Shown: positions 10,340-21,148, counted from the first letter of the stretch. The stretch is DNA of 64,000 nt from Candidatus Poribacteria bacterium (GCA_965215015.1 OZ244042.1:5152001-5216000); one strand, 5' to 3'. Notes: generated by a model from the letters alone, not told the origin. A program made the numbers and translations.

Positions 10340-11774
10340 CTATTTCCTGCTTTAGGTGTCAATTTGATTCATATAATCCTGTTAATCCTTAAATCCTGAG
10401 TATCCTGATTCAGACAATTATTTCTCCACAACCCTCACAATAACTAAAAAAACATAAAAAAACTATGACACAAGATTGGAAAGCAATGATGCCCCGCGTA
10501 GAACAACTGCTCGACAAAGTAGAAGACCTTCTGACAGCCAGCACCGCTGCGACAGAAAATCCTTCCGAACCCCTCCGGCTTGCGGGGGGGGAGAGAGCGG
10601 GTATATCGCCTTTCGGTAGCGGAGTCAACTTTAATTCCCGTCAAACACCCTGACCTTGTCGACCTTGCAGATCTGATGTGTCGAGATGTAATCTCGATCT
10701 ACTTACTATTTCCTGCTTTAGGTGTCAATTTGATTCATATAATCCTGTTAATCCCTCAATCCTGAGTATCCTGATTCAGACAATTATTCTCCACAACCCT
10801 CACAATGACTGGAAAAACATAAAAAAACTATGACGCAAGATTGGAAAGCAATGATGCCCCGCGTAGAACAACTGCTCGACAAAGTAGAAGACCTTCTGAT
10901 AGCCAGCACCGCTGCGACAGAAAATCCTTCCGAACCCCTCCGGCTCGCGGGGGGGGAGAGAGCGGGTATATCGCCTTTCGGTAGCGGAGTCAACTTTAAT
11001 TCCCGTCAAACACCCTGACCTTGTCGACCTTGCAGATCTGATGTGTCGAGATGTAATCTCGATCTACTTACTATTTCCTGCTTTAAGTGTCAATTTGATT
11101 CATATAATCCTGTTAATCCTTCAATCCTGAGTATCCTGATTCTGACAATTATTCTCCACAACCCTCACAATGACTGGAAAAACATAAAAAAACTATGACA
11201 CAAGATTGGAAAGCAATGATTCCCGCGTAGAACAACTGCTCGACAAAGTAGAAGACCTTCTGACAGCCAGCACCGCTGCGACAGAAAATCCTTCCGAACC
11301 CCTCCGGCTCGCGGGGGGGGAGAGAGCGGGTATATCGCCTTTTGGTGGCGGAATCAACGTTTAATTCCCGTCAAACACCCTGACCTTGTCGACCTTGCAG
11401 ATCTGATGTGTCGAGATGTAATCTCGATCTACTTACTATTTCCTGCTTTAGGTGTCAATTTGATTCATATAATCCTGTTAATCCTTCAATCCTGAGTATC
11501 CTGATTCTGACAATTATTCTCCACACCCCTCACAATGACTGGAAAAACATAAAAAAACTATGACACAAGATTGGAAAGCAATGATTCCCCGCGTAGAACA
11601 ACTGCTCGACAAAGTAGAAGACCTTCTGATAGCCAGCACCGCTGCGACAGAAAATCCTTCCGAACCCCTCCGGCTTGCGGGGGGGAGAGAGAGCGGGTAT
11701 ATCGCCTTTCGGTGGCGGAGTCAACGTTTAATGCCCGTCAAACACCCTGACCTTGTCGACCTTGCAGATCTGAT
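10340..11774 (+). repeat. Tandem array, 4 x ~365 bp, each unit = upstream region + first ~70 codons of the AAA ATPase gene
   Basis: ATGs at 10465, 10830, 11195 and 11560 (365-bp period); units 1-3 end in REP GTGTCGAGATGTAATCTCGATCTACTTA; only unit 4 continues into the full ORF. Confidence 0.95.
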
Positions 11775-12528
11775 TGGAGTGGATCGGCAGATTCAGGAAT
11801 TGGATCGGAACACACGCCAGTTTCTGCGCGGCTTGCCAGCGAACCATGCGCTATTGTGGGGCGATCGGGGGACGGGCAAATCGTCGCTGATCAAGGGGAT
11901 ACTCCAGCGGTATGCGTCGGAAGGGTTGCGGTTGGTCGAGGTGAGCAAGGAGGGGCTGCTCCATCTCCAAGAAATTGCAGATCTCCTGTGGGAACGTCCA
12001 GAATGGTATCTCCTCTTTTGTGACGACCTCTCCTTCAGCGAAGGGGAAGCGGAATACAGGGAGTTGAAAGCGATGCTGGAAGGCGGCATCGCCGCACGTC
12101 CTGAGAATGTCCTGATCTACGCGACATCCAACCGCCGCCACCTGATGCCGCGTCAAATCGAGGAAAACCAATATCCCCAGACTGATGAAGATGAGTTGTA
12201 TCCGCGAGAGACGACCGAAGAGAAGGTATCGCTCAGCGACCGGTTTGGGTTGCGACTCGCCTTCTATCGGTTCTCCCAAGACACCTACCTACAGATTGTA
12301 TCCCATTATGCCCGAAAGCAGGGGTTGTCCCTCTCAACGGCAGCACTCCATCGAAAAGCGTTGGAGTGGGAAGCATCATCGAGTGGCAGATCGGGACGGG
12401 TCGCGCGTCAATTCGTTGATGACATCGCAGGGCAGTTGGGATTGGAAGACTCTGGCGAATCTGTAGCAGCAGGGATGGGTGAGAGCAAGCAGGTGCCTCA
12501 TCAAACGCCCCGGAAAAGGAGGGAGTAA
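11560..12528 (+). CDS. AAA+ ATP-binding protein, DUF815 family
   Basis: LLWGDRGTGKSS, FCDDLSF, YATSNRRHL, EEKVSLSDRFGL, RSGRVARQF. Confidence 0.9.
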   Translation: MTQDWKAMIPRVEQLLDKVEDLLIASTAATENPSEPLRLAGGRESGYIAFRWRSQRLMPVKHPDLVDLADLIGVDRQIQELDRNTRQFLRGLPANHALLWGDRGTGKSSLIKGILQRYASEGLRLVEVSKEGLLHLQEIADLLWERPEWYLLFCDDLSFSEGEAEYRELKAMLEGGIAARPENVLIYATSNRRHLMPRQIEENQYPQTDEDELYPRETTEEKVSLSDRFGLRLAFYRFSQDTYLQIVSHYARKQGLSLSTAALHRKALEWEASSSGRSGRVARQFVDDIAGQLGLEDSGESVAAGMGESKQVPHQTPRKRRE

Positions 12529-12872
12529 AGATATGACTTTTAAAAAAAGGGGCAAACAACTTTGAGTTTCATGATTTTCTCTTCTTGCAGAATAACTCTG
12601 CTATTTTTGATAGAAACCTTTTCAAAACAGAGGAACTTCTAGAGGTGCTTTGTTTTTCAAATTATGGGTGCGAGTTTAATGCAAGGTGAGTGTTAGCCAA
12701 ACCATATGCTGTAACGATTGTGTAGTTTATGGCAAGCGGAGTGTGCCTACTCCTTTATGAGCACCTCTCAGGTAAGTAGCGAACGTCCCTACAGTCTGTA
12801 GTGCATAAATCCCGAATTAGAATACATCCTATGACAAATCAGGTAAATAAGTGGCAATACCGATAGATTTAA

Positions 12873-14774
12873 CTACATGTGAGAAGTATGCGGCACCGTC
12901 TCAATCAGATGCGCGTCCGGCAATCCAACCCGAACCTCCGGGTCATTGCTCGTCACGATGACCTGATGTTCTTCGGCAAGCCGTTGAATGAAGTCAATCA
13001 TCGCGTCTCTCCGAACTGGATCCAGGTGGAGAGTTGGGTCATCGAAGACGAAGAAACCGAGTGCCCCCAACGCTTCGGAGAGGGCGGCTTTGAAGCAGAG
13101 GTAGAGCATCATCTTCTCGCTGCCGCTGAGTAGCAGTAGATTGCGCTCGAAGCCTTCGACATTGAGGGAGGGAAGCAGGTGCTGACTTTTGAGATCAACC
13201 TGAGAGAACCGAGTCAGGTTCATCCGCTCCAGCCAACGTTGAATCTCCTTTTCGGCGGGTTGGAGGATTGTTTGTTGGAGGGAGGCAATTGTTTTTTCAA
13301 CGCCATCGCAGGCAAGTTCAAAACTGAGACGCGTGCGTAGAATCTGATTCGCTTGGCTACGCGCCCGCTGTAGCTCTTGGAGTTTATGGGCGATAACTGC
13401 TTCTTCCTTATTGAGTTTGACAAGTCGTCGGCGGACACTGTCAATTCGATATTTGAGTTGACGACGTTGTTCAGCGATTTCTGCAGGGTCGGCAGCCCCA
13501 TCGGAGACAGCACCCGTTTGCAGAGACGTTGTTGGCTGCAACGCACCCAACCGACTGGCAACCCCATCAAATTCACGCTGACGCTTCGTGAGTTGCGCTT
13601 CGATCCGTTCCAGCTGCTCGACCTTGCCCTGCATCAGTTGGTGTCGCTGCCTCAAGCCGCGCAAGGCATTGATGTTCGCAGTCTGTTCGTCGAGAGTTTT
13701 CTGCTGCGTTTCAAGTGCTTGTTGGCTTGCAGCCCTCGCCGATTCTTTCTCCGCAAGGATCCCCGCAATAATTTTTTGTTGTACCGGTTGATGACAAGTT
13801 GGACAGTGCCTGTGATCATTGTCGATTAATTGACGCAAAGTTTCGCATTCTGCCGTAAGCGTTTGGATTTGACTGTTCAGGCTGCCAATCCATTGAATGA
13901 GTTCATCCCGCTGCTTTTCTAACCCACCCGCGCCGGCGGTTGCCGCTTCGATTTCCTTAATAGACTCCCGCAGGTGATTAACATCGGTGAAACCACTGAG
14001 AATCGATGCTCGCTCTTGGATTAGCCCGTCAATCTCCTTTTGAAACCGTTCGTGCGCCTGCGTCAATTCGGCAACAAGAACTGTGTCCCCACTTTCACCT
14101 CCCTTACCCGACAACAATTCATATTTACCTTCCAAGTCCTTCAGCTCTGCCTCCACCCGTTCAATCGCTTCACGATGGTTCTTGACCGTCGTCACCCGCA
14201 TGCTACGCTGATAATCTTGGATCCGTTTCTCCTCTCGCTTGGCAACCCGTCGTCCATCGATGAAACGTTGACGCACCTCCATCAACCGATCGATGCCGAG
14301 CAGGGCGTAAAGCACATCACGCCGATCTGCGGGTTGTCGTGCAAGGAACTCAAAAATCTCTCCTTCTCGTAAGAATGTCGCCGCCGCAAGGTGCTGATAA
14401 CTAAAATGAAATTTCTTCCTCAGATCTTCGTCTGCTGAACGTTTGCCCGTGAAGAGGATGCGCCATTTCGCATCATTTTCCTCTTTCAGGCGGAGTTGCA
14501 CCTGCCCCTGTGTCGATCGGAACAGTTGATAACTCTGCTCTCCATTGCGGAAATTAAGTCCGGCGGTGCCGCTGGGGGTGCCAGATTGCGCCATTGCAGG
14601 CAAGCCCACCTTGGGAACAATCGGCTTGCCCGTCAGCGCGAAAAAAATAGCATTGACAAGCGTACTCTTACCACTGAAATTGGGACCGAAGATGAGATTC
14701 ACCCCGTCACTCAGATCAAAATCCTTGCGGTCAAAACAGCCGAAAGATTTGAGAATGATACGTTCAAGTCGCAT
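12873..14774 (-). CDS. Rad50/SbcC-like SMC ATPase
   Basis: GPNFSGKST Walker A, coiled coils with central CPTC hook, LSGSE signature, FVFDDPTLHLD Walker B/D-loop. Confidence 0.85.
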   Translation of the reverse strand: MRLERIILKSFGCFDRKDFDLSDGVNLIFGPNFSGKSTLVNAIFFALTGKPIVPKVGLPAMAQSGTPSGTAGLNFRNGEQSYQLFRSTQGQVQLRLKEENDAKWRILFTGKRSADEDLRKKFHFSYQHLAAATFLREGEIFEFLARQPADRRDVLYALLGIDRLMEVRQRFIDGRRVAKREEKRIQDYQRSMRVTTVKNHREAIERVEAELKDLEGKYELLSGKGGESGDTVLVAELTQAHERFQKEIDGLIQERASILSGFTDVNHLRESIKEIEAATAGAGGLEKQRDELIQWIGSLNSQIQTLTAECETLRQLIDNDHRHCPTCHQPVQQKIIAGILAEKESARAASQQALETQQKTLDEQTANINALRGLRQRHQLMQGKVEQLERIEAQLTKRQREFDGVASRLGALQPTTSLQTGAVSDGAADPAEIAEQRRQLKYRIDSVRRRLVKLNKEEAVIAHKLQELQRARSQANQILRTRLSFELACDGVEKTIASLQQTILQPAEKEIQRWLERMNLTRFSQVDLKSQHLLPSLNVEGFERNLLLLSGSEKMMLYLCFKAALSEALGALGFFVFDDPTLHLDPVRRDAMIDFIQRLAEEHQVIVTSNDPEVRVGLPDAHLIETVPHTSHM

Positions 14775-14777
14775 ACA

Positions 14778-14987
14778 TTAATCCCCGGAACTGTCATCGA
14801 TCATATCGTAGAGCATCTGAACGGTCACCTTATCGACACCGTGTTCGAGCACAAAGCGAAATGCCTGGACAACAGCGGCAACTTCGGTTGCTCCGAGGAC
14901 TGAGTGATATTTGCTCTCAGATTCGATCAGTTTTTCGACTTCCTGCTCATAGATTTCACCCAACTCGTTCTCAATTGTGGAGGGCAT
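14778..14987 (-). CDS. Small acidic hypothetical protein, coupled to the SMC gene
   Basis: 69 aa; AAGGAG upstream; stop 3 nt before the SMC start. Confidence 0.6.
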   Translation of the reverse strand: MPSTIENELGEIYEQEVEKLIESESKYHSVLGATEVAAVVQAFRFVLEHGVDKVTVQMLYDMIDDSSGD

Positions 14988-15101
14988 CTGTTCGATTTGA
15001 CTCCTTGAGGATTCCCGTTAGTGCTTCCTTCATGAACCAATAAACCCATAACCATTTACCCATCACGTTTTACGTTAGGATTGGAGGTAGGCGTGTAATT
15101 T

Positions 15102-16112
15102 TCACACATTAATCTGATCCAAGATCTCGGCGATCTGAATAGCGTTTAATGCGGCTCCCTTGCGGAGATTATCCGCGACGACCCATAAGTTTAATCCATT
15201 TTCGATCGAAGCGTCCTCACGGATACGTCCAACGTATATATCATCTTGGCCTGCAGCATTGACGGCCAGCGGATATTTCCGACTTCTTGGATCGTCAATA
15301 ACAGTAATGCCGCGAGCTTGAGAAAGAATCAGGCGCGCCTCATCAGCGGTAAGCTTGCTGTCCGTTTCAATGTTAATTGATTCAGAATGAGCGAAGAACA
15401 CCGGCACCCGAACCGTTGTCGCTGAGACCCCAATGGCATCATTTTCAAGGATTTTTTGTGTTTCCTTTACCATCTTTATCTCTTCTTCACTGTAACCGTT
15501 ATCAGCGAAGGGCCAATCAAAGGCAACGTTAAACGCCATCTGATGCGGAAACTGATCGCATGTGATTGGACGCCCTTCCAACGCAGCTGTTGTTTGATCA
15601 ATCAACTCAAGAACAGCAGATCCGCTTTTTCCCGAAACACTTTGATAGGTCGAAACGACGATACGTTTAAGCCCCGCTACGTCGTAGAGCGGCTTGAGTG
15701 CAACAAGCATCTGAATCGTCGAACAATTTGGGTTGGAGATCAAACCCTGATGCCGCATTGCTGCGTGCATGTTCACTTCGGGAATCACCAACGGTGTGTC
15801 TGCGTCCATCCGAAACGCACTGGTGTTGTCAATGACGAGACACCCCTTTTCGACCGCAGCCGGTATAAACTCGCGACTGACAGACGCGCCCGCTGACGAA
15901 AACACCACATCAATGGCATCAAATGAATCATGCGTTAGTTCTTCGACCATGATGGGTTGATCTTTAAATGTTAAAATCTCACCGGCAGAACGATGGGAAG
16001 CGAGCAACTTCAGCGAAGCGACGGGGAATGCGCGCTCTTCTAAAATCTGCCGCATTGTCGTGCCAACCGCCCCTGTTGCCCCAACGATGGCGACACGGTA
16101 GCTCCTATCCAT
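15102..16112 (-). CDS. asd: Aspartate-semialdehyde dehydrogenase
   Basis: VGATGAVG, NPNCSTIQ catalytic Cys, STYQSVSG, VRVPV, DNLRKGAALNAIQIAE. Confidence 0.95.
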   Translation of the reverse strand: MDRSYRVAIVGATGAVGTTMRQILEERAFPVASLKLLASHRSAGEILTFKDQPIMVEELTHDSFDAIDVVFSSAGASVSREFIPAAVEKGCLVIDNTSAFRMDADTPLVIPEVNMHAAMRHQGLISNPNCSTIQMLVALKPLYDVAGLKRIVVSTYQSVSGKSGSAVLELIDQTTAALEGRPITCDQFPHQMAFNVAFDWPFADNGYSEEEIKMVKETQKILENDAIGVSATTVRVPVFFAHSESINIETDSKLTADEARLILSQARGITVIDDPRSRKYPLAVNAAGQDDIYVGRIREDASIENGLNLWVVADNLRKGAALNAIQIAEILDQINV

Positions 16113-16761
16113 CTTATCATCCTTTTGAAGAATTAGATTGTGCAAGTCTGGTTGTAGCTAAACCCTTGAGGGGATATTCTACCACACTTGTGATAGGATA
16201 CGCAAGCGATTTGCAAACGGAGTTAGGGCTATTTAGTTTTCGGTTTTGGCTCATGCCCTGCTGTTCGTCGTCGCACCTGCTATCCCCACCCGGTAGGCGG
16301 GGCATCTGGCCTCGCTGTTTGTAAGCGTTCATTGAACCTTCTTATGCCAGTTATCCAGGTGGTCTTTTATCCGTGTCATCCGTCGATCCGTACTTATTCC
16401 GTGATTCAGACAATAATATGGCAGAATTAAATGACCCTACAAAGGGAGTTAATATCGTTGCAATAGAACCGGCTTTGCACCACAGAAGGGAATCTTTACC
16501 CTCATTTGGATATTTCCAATTTGACACATGTCAAAAGAAAATGCAAAAAATCGTAAAATGTCATGCATGAAACGTGAAAACCATTAGTCCATTGGTTCAT
16601 TAACAAACGAGTGAACTAATGAACTCAATCAGTTTCTGTTGCACGATTTCTTACATGAGCCTCCAATTTTTATGGATCGACGATTCTGGCAAGATGTAGT
16701 AAACTAAAAATGGGAAATGTATTGGTTGCCTCGAAAATTGACATGACTGAGAAGGAGGCCT

Positions 16762-17496
16762 GTGCAGGCTATGGAAAACATCGAAAGCAAACTGGATAGA
16801 TTAGAGCACGACGGTTTTATACTGATAGAGCGAGCATTATCACCGGAGGAGACAGAACATATTCGGCAGCGCATCAACTATGCCCGTGAGATGGGTTGGG
16901 CAGAAGGACTCAATGCGGTAGGCAATATGTGGTTTGATACCTTGCTCGACCGGGAGCCCGAGACGTATGCCCCATTGGTGGGTCATCCAAGTATTCGTCC
17001 TTATCTTGAGGGAATGATGGGAAAGCAGTGCCAATTACGGAGCTTGCGTGCACACATCAACCCAGGGCCCTACCTTCAAGAGTGGCATCTCGATTTCTAT
17101 GGCTACTGGCAGGAAAAACGGGAAGCGGAAAAGCATCGCTTTACGGTGTCTCCCATTGGTGTCAACGCAACCTATTATTTTCAGAATAATGCACCCGGTT
17201 CAGGACACCTGAAATATGTTAAGGGGGGACATCTTGTCGAGCCTCCCCATCTATATCCCTTGGACCGTCCCAAGTTTGAAGCGTGGTGTGAGGCACAGGA
17301 GCACGTTATCCTCTACCCAAAGGCTGGCGACTGTGTGGTGTTCATCAACCATATTCCCCACCAAGGCGCGAAAGAACGCGACGATATGGAACGGAGTAAT
17401 GTGGTCTGCCATTATCAAGTAACGCCCATGTATGAAGGGATTTGGCATGTCTCCCGTCCTCGCGGATATGACGGGACTTTCCCATTCGCAAATTAA
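16762..17496 (+). CDS. Phytanoyl-CoA dioxygenase (PhyH) family protein
   Basis: DGFILIE, WHLD (HxD), GGH, AGDCVVF, distal PHQG His. Confidence 0.8.
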   Translation: MQAMENIESKLDRLEHDGFILIERALSPEETEHIRQRINYAREMGWAEGLNAVGNMWFDTLLDREPETYAPLVGHPSIRPYLEGMMGKQCQLRSLRAHINPGPYLQEWHLDFYGYWQEKREAEKHRFTVSPIGVNATYYFQNNAPGSGHLKYVKGGHLVEPPHLYPLDRPKFEAWCEAQEHVILYPKAGDCVVFINHIPHQGAKERDDMERSNVVCHYQVTPMYEGIWHVSRPRGYDGTFPFAN

Positions 17497-17632
17497 GCCC
17501 ACGATTCTCTTTTTGACTGCCTCTATCTGTGCGTAAGCACCTAAAAAGCGGAAAGTGAGAAGATTAGAAGCTCAAAACATTTCTACCCTCCTTCCTTTCT
17601 TGCCACCCCTCCATTCACTTCTGATATCAACG

Positions 17633-18376
17633 ATGCTCACCAAGGAAATGGTTTTCAATATCCCATCACTGCCGGGAGTCTACTTTTTTCGCAGCAGATC
17701 CGGAGAGATTCTCTACATCGGTAAGGCAAAATCGCTGAAAAAACGGGTTCGGTCATACCTATACAATTCCAAGCAAAATCGCTGGGGCAAAATCAAACGA
17801 TTGGTCCAACACGCAACCCAAATTGACTACCAAATCTGTGCCTCCGAGCTAGAGGCACTATTGCTGGAATCCCGCCTGATTAAACACCATCAGCCGCCCT
17901 ACAACACCAGTCTGAAATCTGTCCGCAGGTCTCCGTTCATTAAGGTAACTCTCAACGAGGATTTCCCCAAAGTAGCAATCGCTTTCAAGAAGCAGTCTGA
18001 TGCAGCACGATATTTTGGACCTTACTCAAGCCTGAGATGGACAAGAGAGGTTATTGAGGTATTACACCGGATTTTTCCGATTCGGACCTGCCAGGAAGCA
18101 ATCATCCCATTGCCAGATTTTAAGCCTTGCTTCAGTTACCACTTAAAGCGTTGTCAAGCCCCTTGCGCGGCGAGAGTCAGTCGTGACGCCTATCGTGCGA
18201 TGATCAGCGATGTGATTCGCATCCTAGAGGGAAAATATCACGCTGTCATCAAGAAACTGATCATGGAACGAAATCAGGAGACGATTGCCCTACGCTTTGA
18301 ACGTGCAGCAGCCTTGCAGAGACGAATTGAGCAAATCGAGCGGGTGTTTGTTTATCTCGACGTACATCGTCGGTAG
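17633..18376 (+). CDS. UvrC N-terminal-like (Cho-like) GIY-YIG nuclease with UVR domain
   Basis: PGVYFF..LYIGKAKSLKKRVRSY, EALLLESRLIK..PPYN, YFGPY, Cys cluster, LRFERAA; lacks the RNaseH-like and HhH C-terminus. Confidence 0.85.
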   Translation: MLTKEMVFNIPSLPGVYFFRSRSGEILYIGKAKSLKKRVRSYLYNSKQNRWGKIKRLVQHATQIDYQICASELEALLLESRLIKHHQPPYNTSLKSVRRSPFIKVTLNEDFPKVAIAFKKQSDAARYFGPYSSLRWTREVIEVLHRIFPIRTCQEAIIPLPDFKPCFSYHLKRCQAPCAARVSRDAYRAMISDVIRILEGKYHAVIKKLIMERNQETIALRFERAAALQRRIEQIERVFVYLDVHRR

Positions 18377-18475
18377 CGTGTAAGTTCCGGTAATTTTGGG
18401 AGAGATAAAGGTTGGGGGGAAAGGATTTTTAGGTTGTAGAAGGCGGAATTGACTGGAATTGGAGAGGAATTTTGA

Positions 18476-18502
18476 CCCCGAATTTTTGATAAAAACTCGG
18501 GG
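18476..18502. terminator. Hairpin between convergent genes
   Basis: CCCCGAATTTTTGATAAAAACTCGGGG inverted repeat. Confidence 0.5.
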
Positions 18503-18541
18503 CCTGTTGCACCATTTCTTATTCTTAACATGAACCTCGTT

Positions 18542-19780
18542 TTATAACCCTTCGGTCCGCAGCTCCTGAATATAGTTTTCGTTGATATTGTTTGATGGAT
18601 GGCGGAGGGTGCGATGAGGTTCTGGGAAGCTTTTGAGCAGTTTCTGATATTCCCCTATTGCCTCGTCTATCCTGTCCGCCTTTTCATAGATGTTGCCAAT
18701 CCAATATTGAGCCTGCCTTCGCGTATCGTAATCATAGGTCGGATTATCAGCGACTTTGCGATAAGCATTAATTGCTCCATCTGTATCTTTCTTTGCATAG
18801 TAAATCTGTCCAACATAGAACTGCATATTGGAGGTATTCTCATTGTGCGGATATTTTTCTATTGCTCCCTCCACTTGGATAATTGCTTCGTCATACTTTT
18901 GTAACCTCTCATACGCCCAACCGATGTTAAAGTGTGCATCTTGCGCCATTTTGGTATCGGGGTATTTGTCAATCACTTTTTGATAACCCTCAATCGCTTC
19001 ATCATATTTCGCTTCCGCAAAATAGGTTTGACCGATGCCAAACTGTGCGAGCGGCGCAAGTTGCTCATGTCCTGAATCAACAACATTCTGAAATTCGACT
19101 CGGGCATCGTCGTAGGCCTGCCTCTCAGTAAAAATCATCCCTGTATAATACACAATACTATGGATGAGTTCACGACCGATAAAGTCTTCCCGCAACGCAT
19201 TTAACGCTTCAAGCGCGGCTGTCCAATTCTCTTTCCCATACACGCACATCGCCCTATTGAAACGGGATTCGTCGGCAAGCACACTGCCCGGATAGTCTTG
19301 GATCAGCTGATCAAACATGGCTGATGCCCGGTCGTAGTACGCATCCGCACTTTCAACGTTATCTGATTTTTTTATATCTTCCGCCCTTCGATAGTAAGCA
19401 ATGGCAATGGTGTAGAGCGAATCATCTGTCCATTCGCTGTCAGGATAGGTGTTAATGAGGCGTCGAAACAGAGCAAAGGCCTCCTCATCCGTCCGTCCAA
19501 GCCGCGAGGCCAACTGATAGATAGCATCATCTGCCCAAAGACTATCGGGGTATTTCTCGAATACATAACGGTATAAAGCCCTAACCTCGCTTACACGCTT
19601 CTGATCCGTATCCTCAAGTGTTACGGGAGGGGTATCTGCCTGCTGCGCCTTTTCCCATGCAGCATCCGCGTTTGTGTAGTAGGCAATTAGGCTATCTCCT
19701 GAGTTTGACGCCCTACCAATAAAAAAACCAATCACCAAGGCTGCGACAACAATAATCTCTACAATTATAAACTTTTTCAT
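18542..19780 (-). CDS. Membrane-anchored TPR protein (BamD/CpoB-like repeats)
   Basis: N-terminal hydrophobic anchor; repeated YP-x-S-x-W/L-A-D-D/E and A-x-F-x-I-G TPR motifs. Confidence 0.85.
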   Translation of the reverse strand: MKKFIIVEIIVVAALVIGFFIGRASNSGDSLIAYYTNADAAWEKAQQADTPPVTLEDTDQKRVSEVRALYRYVFEKYPDSLWADDAIYQLASRLGRTDEEAFALFRRLINTYPDSEWTDDSLYTIAIAYYRRAEDIKKSDNVESADAYYDRASAMFDQLIQDYPGSVLADESRFNRAMCVYGKENWTAALEALNALREDFIGRELIHSIVYYTGMIFTERQAYDDARVEFQNVVDSGHEQLAPLAQFGIGQTYFAEAKYDEAIEGYQKVIDKYPDTKMAQDAHFNIGWAYERLQKYDEAIIQVEGAIEKYPHNENTSNMQFYVGQIYYAKKDTDGAINAYRKVADNPTYDYDTRRQAQYWIGNIYEKADRIDEAIGEYQKLLKSFPEPHRTLRHPSNNINENYIQELRTEGL

Positions 19781-19827
19781 CTTTTAAACTCCTGCTGGTA
19801 TATTTTTTATCGCAAAAACGTGAACGC

Positions 19828-19856
19828 ATTTTATCATCTTTGCTTATGGGTGTCAA
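19828..19856 (-). promoter_or_regulatory. sigma70-type promoter of the TPR gene
   Basis: TTGACA-17-TAAAAT on the minus strand. Confidence 0.65.
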
Positions 19857-20083
19857 GCAATGATTGACATTGAGCCCGCTAATCCATGGATTGTACGCTT
19901 TTGCGGAACTGAACGGAATGTGCTATTCCAAGCGGTCCGTTGGTCTAATTAGATCGTTAAAGATCGGAAAATTAAATTGATGTACCGTTTAGAATTGTGA
20001 TAGACTGCTTGAAGGTTTACACACAAAAAAAAGAAATATGTTCCAATTTCACGGTATTTACTCCAGATGCCTAAAGGGGCAAG

Positions 20084-20566
20084 TTAGCAAGGAGATGGAG
20101 AGAGATTAAAGGAGGTACACCCGAGCGAGGGCTTTGTGCAAGCGACGTGGTCGCAATGGTCGTCGAATCGATCGCTGATTGCCCATTTGCCATCAATTCT
20201 TCGATTGTTTACAGTGAGACCAACCCAGCGGCCCTGATTCTCCGGTTGCAGCGGATTCCAAAACCGACCCACTAATCGATCTCCTTTGCGTCTGGATTCA
20301 ATCAGATAGTCGTTGCCCTCATCAGTCTTACAACGGATATAAACCCGATCACCGAGGACACCAATCTTCGCCGGCCATCCCTCCCAGTAGTCTTGGCCGA
20401 GGTGTCGTACGAGATAACGCCATTCCCCATTGTGCGTTTCAAAATCTGTGTCATCTCCCAGATTTACCCACTGTTCAGCCTTGGGGTCGCGTTCATCTCC
20501 TTTGAGTGTAACAGTCTGAGCAAATGCTGTTACATCTTTGCCCTCCGGGTTTGGCACATCTTCCAT
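20084..20566 (-). CDS. Hypothetical protein, possibly a gene fragment
   Basis: 160-aa Trp/Gly-rich ORF in an AT-richer region; no family recognised. Confidence 0.4.
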   Translation of the reverse strand: MEDVPNPEGKDVTAFAQTVTLKGDERDPKAEQWVNLGDDTDFETHNGEWRYLVRHLGQDYWEGWPAKIGVLGDRVYIRCKTDEGNDYLIESRRKGDRLVGRFWNPLQPENQGRWVGLTVNNRRIDGKWAISDRFDDHCDHVACTKPSLGCTSFNLSPSPC

Positions 20567-20820
20567 GTCAACATCAACGGAATCCTCTCAGAAACTCGAA
20601 AATCCTAAAACCACTATTCAGTGAGTTACTGGAAGATTGCTTCCTCTCACTACAGTGTTTCAATGAATCAGGGATTTCAGCGACGAATGGACTTTTCGAG
20701 AAGATTCAACCTTTTATAAACATAGACGCACTAGACTTCAAGAATGATAGTAAAAAGTTAGAGATTCTCCACAAATCAGGAACGGGGCAAACTCATGGGG
20801 TATCTCTAACTTCGATCTTT

Positions 20821-21148
20821 GCTCATTTACCCCCATTTTTTTTAGGGTATAGATTTGAGTTATTTTTATCAGTTAGGATAGTGAGAATAATTGTCATTAA
20901 GCGTCTTGGAATGTATCTCCCCGGCACAGTGGCAGTGTGAACCAGGGATTGAGCCACTACGCGCTTTATCACCGTAATCAGTGAGTAGATTTTTGTCTGT
21001 GTGTTGAATGCTTTTGCCCATCGGTCGCCTGACTTTTGATAGCTAGTAAACAGTAAGCCATAACAGGTTGATGCGCGGTTTTGACGGTTTCTATACCTCT
21101 CAAAAACAAGCACCATTACACCTCTCAAAAAAATGGGGGTAAGTGAGC
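20821..21148. mobile_element. 328-bp MITE or internally deleted IS
   Basis: Terminal inverted repeats GCTCATTTACCCCCATTTTTTT / AAAAAAATGGGGGTAAGTGAGC with 1 mismatch. Confidence 0.7.

Noticed and set aside
16198-16335. Lysine or SAM riboswitch upstream of asd
   Set aside because: No recognisable aptamer consensus. The segment contains a GTAG REP-like hairpin and lies upstream of a plausible asd promoter (TTGCGT-18-TAGAAT), so it is probably outside the transcript.
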